Assembly: GCA_049513715.1 (NCBI GenBank)
Contig: JBEKVV010000003.1
Location: forward strand, 160,001-224,000
From: Candidatus Bathyarchaeia archaeon
Lineage (GTDB): Archaea; Thermoproteota; Bathyarchaeia; 40CM-2-53-6
Direction: 5' to 3'
DNA length: 64,000 bases
Positions 55,969-64,000 of the stretch are shown piece after piece (the first letter of the stretch is position 1; each line of letters starts with the position of its first letter). The translations under genes were made by a program, and so were the position numbers. The notes under the pieces are model-generated. The model was not told the DNA's origin. It saw nothing but the letters and a program-made list of their open reading frames with translations, and made no database searches.

Positions 55969-57099
55969 TTAAGAACTTAGGATACGTGACCTTGCGCGTT
56001 CTCTTTTGGCAGGTTTCCTATTTGGGCGAAGGACAAGAACAGTCACCAGAAGCACGAAGCCAAATATGAAAGCAAAGGCGCCAGCGGGGAACTCAGGGAT
56101 TTGGAAACCTTTCGGAGGTAACGCTAGTCCGATGCTGTTTCCGACGTTCTGCTCGATTCCGTCATAGTAGAGCATGAACCCGTTGTTAGAGAATATTATT
56201 CGAGGATTTTCGACACCGCCTGAATCCCAGTTGCCAGAAGCGCCTGGATTCAAGATAGGATTTGCAGTGGATTTTTCCCAAGTACGCCCATCTTTTGATG
56301 TAGCGTATCCGATTTCTGGAACCAGTGAGCCCTGGTTGAGAGCTGAATACCACATTCCAAACATGAAGCCGTCGAAGAAGACTGAAGGAGAGAATACGCT
56401 CCTCGAATCCCAAGAGCTTGCGTTGGATGAAGGTTGAAGGACCGCCGTCGGCGCAGTCCAACTTTTTCCATCAAAGGATTGCGTATAGAGTATTCTGAGA
56501 ATCGAGCTTGACGGCGGATCAGGCTGCCCTCTGGCTGCGTACCACATATTGTAGAGCGCAGTCTCCACTTTTGCTACAAAAGGCGTTGATATTTGCCGTG
56601 AATCTACACTTGTAGGCCTCAGGACCGGGTTCCGCGAATACCTAGTCCAGTTCGTGCCGTCCGTGGATGTTGCGAGGCCGACTGCACCATTCTGAACCGT
56701 TAGGCCACCGCCAACGTACCACATTGTGAAAACCGTTCCGTTCCAGGCCACACTTCCTAGGCTCACGGATGCACTATCCCATGCGCCTGTCGGTCCCGGG
56801 GTCAAGACGGGGCTTGTGTGTTTGGTCCAAGTGTAACCGTCTGGAGAGGTTGCATATCCAATCCCTGCGACTTTTTGACTGCTGCCAACGTACCACATCA
56901 TGTAGCCGTTAGAAGGGTCGAAGAGTACTGTGGGAAGAATCACGTAATCTGAGTCCCAAGTGCCGGGGGTCGGACTCAAAACGGGGTTACCGGAATACTT
57001 GGTCCATTGGCCTCCTTGTGCCTGCACCCCCATGGGGAAATTACCTAAAACCGACAAGGCGAGAAGCATCATGAAGACCATGGTCGCCTGCTTAATCAT
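55969..57099 (-). CDS. Secreted beta-propeller (glycosidase-like) protein with PEF-CTERM-like sorting signal
   Basis: Signal peptide, repeated MWY...IGYATSxDGxxW...NPVL blades, C-terminal IPEFP + TM + basic tail. Confidence 0.82.
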   Translation of the reverse strand: MIKQATMVFMMLLALSVLGNFPMGVQAQGGQWTKYSGNPVLSPTPGTWDSDYVILPTVLFDPSNGYMMWYVGSSQKVAGIGYATSPDGYTWTKHTSPVLTPGPTGAWDSASVSLGSVAWNGTVFTMWYVGGGLTVQNGAVGLATSTDGTNWTRYSRNPVLRPTSVDSRQISTPFVAKVETALYNMWYAARGQPDPPSSSILRILYTQSFDGKSWTAPTAVLQPSSNASSWDSRSVFSPSVFFDGFMFGMWYSALNQGSLVPEIGYATSKDGRTWEKSTANPILNPGASGNWDSGGVENPRIIFSNNGFMLYYDGIEQNVGNSIGLALPPKGFQIPEFPAGAFAFIFGFVLLVTVLVLRPNRKPAKRERARSRILSS

Positions 57100-57438
57100 G
57101 AAACAACACTTCGCCCCGATAACTCATGATTTTTCAACCGTCTATATCAATTGCGGTCCAACTATATGATTCTCGCCCGGTTTTCGATGTTTTCCCGAGG
57201 AACGCTGCAGTCTCGTTCGTCTCGTGGTTCTTCAGCGGGGACATTATCCTGCTGGCCTTTGCAGTGCTAAGAGAACGGCTGGTAAGTCACCAAGCGATTG
57301 GAATCATCTCCATCATTTCGTGGATAGCCATTGTCCGGTACTTCCCTTAACCTTAACTTGCACCGCACGGAACTTCGTCATCCTCGCGGAGATCGACCTG
57401 TGTAGGAATACATACGAATCAGCGAAGGAGGCGTTGGC

Positions 57439-58530
57439 TTGGGTGTACCAGAGAAGATTCGTGCAATAGAAGAAGAAATGAAAAGGACTCAAATCCACAA
57501 ACATACAGAGCACCATATCGGGTTACTGAAGGCAAAGCTTGCCAGACTCAAAGCCGAGCAAGACATCGCGCAGAAATCAAAGTCCGTCGGAGGGCTTGGC
57601 TTCGAAGTGAAGAAGGGGGGGGACTGCACGGTCGTTTTGATAGGTCTGCCGAGCGTGGGAAAGTCAACAATCCTAAACAGGCTGACAAACGCGAACTCGA
57701 AGGTAGCCGCTTATGCCTTCACCACGGTAACAGTGGTTCCTGGGCTGCTTGAATATGAAGGCGCCAAGATCCAGATACTTGACCTACCAGGAATCATTTC
57801 AGGTGCCTCCTCCGGAACTGGAAGGGGTAGGCGAGTGCTTTCGGTTGCTAGAAATGCCGACCTGATCCTACTAGTGCTCGATGTGTTTCAACCGGATCAA
57901 ATCAGCACTTTGAAGAAAGAGCTACACGAAATGGGCATACGACTTAACACCCGCCCGCCAAATGTCACTATCGAACAGGCCTCGCAAGGAGGTATAGGAA
58001 TAACTGCAACTTGCACCCTCACAAAACTTGACGAGGCCACCATACGTGCAATCCTCGGAGTGTACAAAATCCATGGCAATGTCATTATTCGTGAAGATAT
58101 TAGCGACGACCAACTGATCGACGTTGTAGCAGGAAACCGCATTTACATCCCCGCGCAGGCCGTGCTCAACAAAGTGGATTTGGTAAGCGCGAAATATGTC
58201 GAGGAGGCGAGAAAACGAATCGGGGAAGAATTCATTCCAATATCCGCTGACCAAAACGTAAACATTGACAAACTTAGGGAAGCTATCTACAAGCGTTCGA
58301 ATTTCATTAGAATCTACCTAAAACCCCGCAATGGCGAACCGGACTTCGATGAACCCCTCATAATCACTACTGGTTCCAGAATTTCGGATGTATGTGGGCG
58401 AATTCACAGAAACTTGGCGAGTGGAGCCAAATATGCGTTAGTCTCTGGCACTAGCGTGAGGTTCAGGTCTCAACGGGTTGGAATGGACCATGTATTACAG
58501 GACCGAGATATAGTAACGATCGTAAAATAG
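57439..58530 (+). CDS. DRG/OBG-family GTPase with TGS domain
   Basis: GLPSVGKST, YAFTT, DLPG, NKVD and a TGS tail (LQDRDIVTIVK). Confidence 0.95.
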   Translation: MGVPEKIRAIEEEMKRTQIHKHTEHHIGLLKAKLARLKAEQDIAQKSKSVGGLGFEVKKGGDCTVVLIGLPSVGKSTILNRLTNANSKVAAYAFTTVTVVPGLLEYEGAKIQILDLPGIISGASSGTGRGRRVLSVARNADLILLVLDVFQPDQISTLKKELHEMGIRLNTRPPNVTIEQASQGGIGITATCTLTKLDEATIRAILGVYKIHGNVIIREDISDDQLIDVVAGNRIYIPAQAVLNKVDLVSAKYVEEARKRIGEEFIPISADQNVNIDKLREAIYKRSNFIRIYLKPRNGEPDFDEPLIITTGSRISDVCGRIHRNLASGAKYALVSGTSVRFRSQRVGMDHVLQDRDIVTIVK

Positions 58531-58676
58531 ATGCGAATCACGCAGCTGACGAAAGATATTGACGGTCTTCAGGAGCATCGAGGACACTCCAACCGCGAAA
58601 AGGACTCGGTGCACCTGAGCCTAGGCAAAAGGCGAAACAATGAAGGCTCGTGGTGGGCGTCCAAGGAGGAGTTCAC

Positions 58677-60455
58677 TTGTCAAACTCGAAAGCATCTGGC
58701 GGTATTGAGGCGACTCTGCAAACTTGGGTAAAGGAAGTTGCAGGCAGGACCAAACCAAGCCGCATAGTCGAGTGTCACGGATCTCAAGATGAGTATGATT
58801 CTCTCACCAAGCAGATGCTTTCTGAAGGAACACTGATCCAACTCAACCAGAAAGAATATCCGAACTGCTACTTGCACAGGAGCAACCCTAACGACGTTGC
58901 TCGATCCGAAGATAGAACCTTCATTTGCACACGAAAACAGGACGATGTCGGACCCACTAACAATTGGATAGACCCTAGCCAAGCCAAGAAAATCCTATGG
59001 AAACTCCTGGCAGGATGTATGAGGAACAGAGTCATGTACGTTATCCCGTATCTTCTCGGCCCTGTCGGCTCTCCGTATTCCAGGGTGGGCGTCGAACTAA
59101 CCGACAGCCCTTATGTGGCGGCGAACATGATGATAATGACACGAGTTGGGCAAATCGCATTCGACCACATGAAGAGTACGGGCCACTTCGTGAAGGGCGT
59201 TCATTCAGCTGGGAACCTGGACCCCAAGAACAAGTACATCTGCCACTTTCCAGATGAAAAACTCATCATCAGCGTGAATTCAAACTACGGAGGAAACGCT
59301 CTCCTCAGCAAGAAATGTCATGCCCTCAGAATTGGCAGCGTAACGGCGAGAGAGGAAGGATGGTTAGCCGAACACATGTTCCTCATCGGCGCAGAAGACC
59401 CCGAGGGAAAAATAACCTATATCTCAGGAGCATTTCCAAGCGCGAGCGGAAAAACCAACGTTGCCATGCTAAGACCACCCCCGGGCATGGAAGACTGGAA
59501 GATTTGGGCTATCAGCGATGACATAACTTGGATTCATATAGACACACAGGGAACATTTCGCGCAATCAACCCCGAAGCTGGATTCTTCGGAGTGGCACCG
59601 AACACGAACATGAAGACGAATCCCAACATTATGGAAACCATAAAGAAGAATACGATATTCACGAACGTCGCATTAGCAGCGGACGGAACCCTATGGTGGG
59701 AGGGGATGGGGGACCCCCCTAGCAAGCTTTGGGACTGGCGTGGTAAAGAATGGATGCCTGGTGGTGAATCAGCAGCGCATCCGAACTCAAGATTCACAAC
59801 TCCCGTCAGCCAATACCCGTTTATCTCCCCAATGTTCGACGACCCAAACGGCGTTCCCCTTTCAGCCATGATGTTCGGGGGAAGAAGTGCAACACAGGTT
59901 CCGCTAATCCTTGAAACCGAAAATTGGGAACAAGGCGTCTTGATGGCGGTCATGCTGAAGGCGGAAACCACCACTGCTGCCGACGGAAAAGCTGGGGTTG
60001 TGCGAGCTGACCCGATGGCAATGAAACCATTCTGCGGTTACAACATGGCTGACTACTTCACGCATTGGCTGAAGTTCCGATTAAAATCAAACCGACCTCC
60101 AAAGATTTTCCTATTCAACGCCTTCAGGCGAAACCAAGCCGGACAGTTCCTCTGGCCGGGATACGGCCAGAACCTACGCGTGCTAAAATGGATGATTGAC
60201 CGATGCAACGGAAGAGCAGAGGCCGTAGAAACCCCAATCGGCTACGTCCCAACGCCTAATTCACTCGACCTTCACGGCCTCGATATCTCACCGAGTACTT
60301 TACAGGAATTGTTGCGAGTCGACGCCAAGGAGTGGGTTAGAGAACTTGAAGCATCGCAGACCCTCTTCGAGAGTTTCGGAGAACGCTTCCCGAGTCTTCT
60401 CTGGAAGGAATATTCAGACTTGATGGAGAAGCTGCGGAAGCAAACGGCATTCTGA
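58677..60455 (+). CDS. pckG: Phosphoenolpyruvate carboxykinase (GTP)
   Basis: DVARSE, YGGNALL, WLAEHM, FPSASGKTN, DDITW, AHPNSRF and DPMAMKPFCGYN. Confidence 0.96.
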   Translation: MSNSKASGGIEATLQTWVKEVAGRTKPSRIVECHGSQDEYDSLTKQMLSEGTLIQLNQKEYPNCYLHRSNPNDVARSEDRTFICTRKQDDVGPTNNWIDPSQAKKILWKLLAGCMRNRVMYVIPYLLGPVGSPYSRVGVELTDSPYVAANMMIMTRVGQIAFDHMKSTGHFVKGVHSAGNLDPKNKYICHFPDEKLIISVNSNYGGNALLSKKCHALRIGSVTAREEGWLAEHMFLIGAEDPEGKITYISGAFPSASGKTNVAMLRPPPGMEDWKIWAISDDITWIHIDTQGTFRAINPEAGFFGVAPNTNMKTNPNIMETIKKNTIFTNVALAADGTLWWEGMGDPPSKLWDWRGKEWMPGGESAAHPNSRFTTPVSQYPFISPMFDDPNGVPLSAMMFGGRSATQVPLILETENWEQGVLMAVMLKAETTTAADGKAGVVRADPMAMKPFCGYNMADYFTHWLKFRLKSNRPPKIFLFNAFRRNQAGQFLWPGYGQNLRVLKWMIDRCNGRAEAVETPIGYVPTPNSLDLHGLDISPSTLQELLRVDAKEWVRELEASQTLFESFGERFPSLLWKEYSDLMEKLRKQTAF

Positions 60456-60577
60456 CTCAACGTGACTCGTATCGCCGAGGATTCGGCCCGAGCACTCGAA
60501 AAAGAATGAACCTCAATTGGACTTGAACCGGCATAGTTGCACAATCAATAAATTCGGCGGCACCTCCCAGCGGCGAC

Positions 60578-60934
60578 ATGGAAGCAATATTCCTAGTCCA
60601 ACCATGGGTTCAAGCCCGCACAGCAATGGACTGCTGCAAACTCTGTTACCAGGAAAGGGAAGGAAAGAGCCATCTGGAATGTAAAAGAGGCCACTTGTCG
60701 GCTTACAACCAACTCCTAGCCGTACTGAAACTTGAAAAAGGCTCACAGTTCGAAGAAGCACTGAAACGATTAGAAGAAGCTAAAGAGAAATGCGTCGCCA
60801 CTCCAAAACCAGACGAACATTGCCATGGAAAGTCGCAGGAAGCGCTGAAGTTCACGATTGATCTTTACGGTAAGATTCTCGACGATTACAAGAAACGACT
60901 TCCCAACAGGGAGTCCCCCACGCCTCGATCCTAG
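60578..60934 (+). CDS. Hypothetical Cys/His-containing helical protein
   Basis: DCCKLC, HLECKRGH and HCH motifs in a 118-aa ORF. Confidence 0.55.
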   Translation: MEAIFLVQPWVQARTAMDCCKLCYQEREGKSHLECKRGHLSAYNQLLAVLKLEKGSQFEEALKRLEEAKEKCVATPKPDEHCHGKSQEALKFTIDLYGKILDDYKKRLPNRESPTPRS

Positions 60935-60994
60935 TCCACGACTCGATTCTAGAATTACTAGAGGCAACTGGACTGTGGCGGAGTAAAGCAGCAC

Positions 60995-62740
60995 ATGGAG
61001 CATAAACCCGGAACTGGGATAAAGTGGTTGGATTGGAATGATGACGCTTTCCGGCGGGCGAAGGAAGAGAGCAAACCCGTTTTGCTCGACATCGGCGCAG
61101 TCTGGTGCCACTGGTGCCATAGGTTAGATAGCGACACCTACTCAGTTCCGGAAATCGCTGAGTACATTGAATCGAACTTCATTCCGATTCGGGTGGATAC
61201 GGATAAACGCCCTGACATTAACCGCCGATACAACATGGGAGGCTGGCCGACCACAGCCTTCCTTTCACCCGAGGGCCATGTGATTGGCGGAGGAACCTAC
61301 TTCCCGCCCGACCAGATGAGACAAGTGCTGAGGGACGTCAAATCACTCTGGGAAAGTTCGAAAGACAAACCTGCACCTGAACGTGCGATGCCGCAACCCG
61401 AGAGCATCCCAATCGGCAACCTGTCAGCATCAATTGTGGACGAGGTTCTTGGGGAAGTCGCAAACAACTTCGACCCTATCTACGGTGGGTTCGGCTCACA
61501 GCCCAAATTTCCAAGCACCGATGCCCTTGAGCTTGCATTACTGAAGTACCATTACAGTGGAAATAGGGAGTTCCTTGGAATCACCACGGTGACGCTTCAA
61601 AATGCTGGAAAGAGCGGCACATACGACCGCGAGATGGGAGGATTCTTCCGGTATTCCACTCTCAGGGACTGGAGCGTTCCACACTTCGAGAAAATGAGCG
61701 AGGACAACGCCAAATGGCTACAGCTCTACCTACACGCGTACCAAGTGACGGGTGACCCCTTCTATGCCCAAATAGCCAGAGGAATCATCGACTACGTCAA
61801 CGAATGGCTGTCAGACCGGGAGAACGGGTGTTACTATGGAAGCCAAGACGCTGACGAGGAATACTACAAACTCCCCAAAGCTGAACGCACAAAACTAAAA
61901 CCACCTTACATCGACAAGCACATCTACACGAACTGGAACGCCATGATGGTCTCCGCTTACCTTGAGGGATCCTTCGTCCTAGGCGACGCGAGCGCCAAGG
62001 AGTTCGCGCTCAAGAGCCTCGACAGATTGCTGGCCTTGAACTTTAAGCCCAGTGATGGAATGTATCATTTCTATGATGGACAGCCTCAGTTGAAGAATCA
62101 GCTTTCTGACCAAGCTCAAGTAGCGAGGACACTCTGCCAAGCCTACCAGTGCACTGGAAACGAAAACTATCTTGCACGAGCGGAGGAATTGGTGGAGATT
62201 GCGACCCGTAACTTGTATGATTCCGAGCATGGGGGGTTCTTTGACACTGTTGTCAACCCTAATGCTCCTGGGTTTCTAAGTAAACCCGCAAAGCCGGTGG
62301 AAGAAAACAGCCCTGCTGCCCGCGCCCTGATACTGCTACATCATCTAACAGGCAAGCACAAGTACCGCCAGTTGGCGGAAGGCACTTTGAAGCGGTTTGT
62401 GGAAATCTACCCACAGTTCTCGTTTATGGCTGCGGAATACGCGATTGCTGTGGACTGTTTCCTTAATGAACCCACGGCCATCCAAATCATTGGTTCACTT
62501 GAAACGCCGCAAACGAAAGGCTTACTGACTGAGGCTCACAGAATCTATGAACCACGAAAGGTAATTCAACTCCTGGACCCAGGGAAAGATGCCGGGAAGA
62601 TTACGAGCCTCGGATACCCCGCGACTAGCCAACCAACTGCTTACATATGCGTTGGTAAAGCCTCTACAGCACCTATCATAGAGCCGAAACAGATCGCTCC
62701 AGAACTGACCAGAATGATTGCCACGCAACTCAAGAAGTAA
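60995..62740 (+). CDS. Thioredoxin-domain protein DUF255/YyaL family
   Basis: WCHWCH, GGWPTT, GGFGSQPKFP and PHFEKM. Confidence 0.93.
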   Translation: MEHKPGTGIKWLDWNDDAFRRAKEESKPVLLDIGAVWCHWCHRLDSDTYSVPEIAEYIESNFIPIRVDTDKRPDINRRYNMGGWPTTAFLSPEGHVIGGGTYFPPDQMRQVLRDVKSLWESSKDKPAPERAMPQPESIPIGNLSASIVDEVLGEVANNFDPIYGGFGSQPKFPSTDALELALLKYHYSGNREFLGITTVTLQNAGKSGTYDREMGGFFRYSTLRDWSVPHFEKMSEDNAKWLQLYLHAYQVTGDPFYAQIARGIIDYVNEWLSDRENGCYYGSQDADEEYYKLPKAERTKLKPPYIDKHIYTNWNAMMVSAYLEGSFVLGDASAKEFALKSLDRLLALNFKPSDGMYHFYDGQPQLKNQLSDQAQVARTLCQAYQCTGNENYLARAEELVEIATRNLYDSEHGGFFDTVVNPNAPGFLSKPAKPVEENSPAARALILLHHLTGKHKYRQLAEGTLKRFVEIYPQFSFMAAEYAIAVDCFLNEPTAIQIIGSLETPQTKGLLTEAHRIYEPRKVIQLLDPGKDAGKITSLGYPATSQPTAYICVGKASTAPIIEPKQIAPELTRMIATQLKK

Positions 62741-63149
62741 TCTTCAGATCTTTGACTTCCAGCTTTCTTCTAATCTCTTCCATTTCATCCGCACGAAGAA
62801 GCTTTCTTGCTGTGAAACCTGCGTGGTCATCAGCGTTACGTGGAATAATATGAACGTGGACGTGCGGAATCAATTGATTAGCCGCGGCGCCGTCATTTAT
62901 AGCGATGTGGGAAGCAGCAGCACCCATCCTTGAGATTATGAGCCGGTTCAAAGCGTGGACGCGCAAGTAGAGAGCGCAGAACTGCTTTTCAGTAAGATCG
63001 TTGACACGAGCATAATGTTTCTTGGGCATGACAAGCGTATGCCCAATCGAAATAGGGTACTTGTCCAAAATTGCGATGAATTCCTCGTCCTCGTATATTA
63101 TCTGTGAGTGAGCTGATCTTTGAACAATCTCGCAGAAGACACAGTTCAA
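62730..63149 (-). CDS. HIT family hydrolase
   Basis: CVFCEI, GHTLVMPKKH and HVHVHIIPR. Confidence 0.95.
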   Translation of the reverse strand: MNCVFCEIVQRSAHSQIIYEDEEFIAILDKYPISIGHTLVMPKKHYARVNDLTEKQFCALYLRVHALNRLIISRMGAAASHIAINDGAAANQLIPHVHVHIIPRNADDHAGFTARKLLRADEMEEIRRKLEVKDLKITS

Positions 63150-63296
63150 GTTGAAAACGATTCCCTCCCGTTACATCAACAAACGTGGATTTATGCTTCT
63201 CATGACCCACTGCGAATCTGCACCTCTGCTATGATGTATCCTACACTTCAATTAGGGCGAGATCTCAATGAGATGATGCGTGATGACGGTGAGCCA

Positions 63297-63656
63297 ATGA
63301 CTAACGAAAAACCCGCCAAAATCGCTTCCCAGAAAACCCTTAACCTGACAACTCAAGGAAGAAAAACTGGAAAGAGCCACACCGTTGAGGTCTGGTTCGC
63401 TGTCAGCAAAGACAAGGTATACCTCAGCCACGAAGGCAATGAAACCGACTGGATGAAGAATATTCAGAAGAAAAGTCAAGTCTCCTTGGATATAGGCGGA
63501 AAGAACTTCGAAGGGGAGGCGCACTACGTCCAAGACGGTACAGACGAATCCTGGGCAGGTAAGGTAGCCCTGTACGAAAAATACTACGGAATAGCATCGA
63601 GGGAAATCATCGAGGACTGGTTTTCCCTATCGAGAGTAATCATGGTTAACTTCTAG
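63297..63656 (+). CDS. Deazaflavin-dependent nitroreductase-like (DDN/split-barrel) protein
   Basis: LTTQGRKTGKSHTVEVWF and DWMKNI. Confidence 0.75.
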   Translation: MTNEKPAKIASQKTLNLTTQGRKTGKSHTVEVWFAVSKDKVYLSHEGNETDWMKNIQKKSQVSLDIGGKNFEGEAHYVQDGTDESWAGKVALYEKYYGIASREIIEDWFSLSRVIMVNF

Positions 63657-63728
63657 GACGGATTAACGCTCGCGAGTTTAAGCTATATATGTGAACCAAA
63701 CGGACTGGGGCCGTCAAGCGGTTCGACA

Positions 63729-64000
63729 TTGCACTGTCCTTCATGCGGCAAAGACGTAATTGGAGACGCTAAGTTCTGCGAAAGCTGTGGGGCCAAGGTC
63801 GAAGGCTTACAGCAGCCTGCCCCCAGCGGAGGCCGATCACAGAGCCTGGTTCCCGTTTTCAGTGGGACAGAGTATATCATTGAGCAAAAGATTGTGGCAG
63901 TCAGGGACACTTATGGGATAAAGGATAGGAACGGAAACCTACTCGCCTACGTGAAGAGAAAAATCGTCAGCGTTGGACCGAACTTCTGGTTTGAGGCACC
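63729..64000 (+). CDS. Zinc-ribbon + LURP-one/scramblase-like protein (partial, runs off window)
   Basis: Read manually: HCPSCGKDVIGDAKFCESCG then YIIEQKIVAVRDTYGIKDRNGNLLAYVK. Confidence 0.75.
   Translation, partial: MHCPSCGKDVIGDAKFCESCGAKVEGLQQPAPSGGRSQSLVPVFSGTEYIIEQKIVAVRDTYGIKDRNGNLLAYVKRKIVSVGPNFWFEA

Noticed and set aside
57126..57469. Short ORFs between the propeller gene and the DRG GTPase
   Set aside because: No clear start or RBS. The hydrophobic stretch might be a transporter remnant but cannot be supported.

Overview
Archaeal chromosomal window; a TACK lineage such as Bathyarchaeia is inferred from the DRG-type GTPase, GTP-PEPCK, PEF-CTERM-like sorting signal, Csa3-like regulator and integrase style. 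(i) 1-6 kb: a small efflux/stress block (MarR, ABC-2 exporter, USP, MFS, MBL-fold hydrolase). (ii) 6055-21371: an integrated element of about 15.3 kb, bounded by an exact 28-bp direct repeat resembling a tRNA T-arm/acceptor/CCA end. A third, degenerate copy lies at 87-114. The element encodes a tyrosine integrase and predicted defence cargo: a TPR-like/HEPN protein, an HNH remnant, a type III R-M pair whose Res subunit carries a C-terminal AlbA_2/Schlafen domain, a Zn-ribbon/H-lectin-like/HEPN protein and a SIR2-like protein. It also carries a Replic_Relax-like protein next to a purine-skewed repeat tract. (iii) 21.4-23.3 kb: small membrane ORFs, possibly the remnant of a second element. (iv) 23.3-47.7 kb: a nucleoside/purine catabolism region with ThrC-like and cysteine synthase/CBS-like PLP enzymes, an amidohydrolase, a BMP-type ABC importer, an APC permease, adenine deaminase, an LLM oxidoreductase, two xanthine-dehydrogenase-family trimers interleaved with two MoaD/ubiquitin-like genes, and XdhC. 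(v) 47.8-64 kb: mostly housekeeping and membrane genes (BlaI/peptidase, SPFH/NfeD, Nth, AbrB, CARF-wHTH regulator, MFS, beta-propeller surface protein, DRG GTPase, PEPCK, DUF255 thioredoxin protein, HIT). No intact tRNA, rRNA or CRISPR array was seen. All domain calls come from reading motifs by eye, not from database searches.
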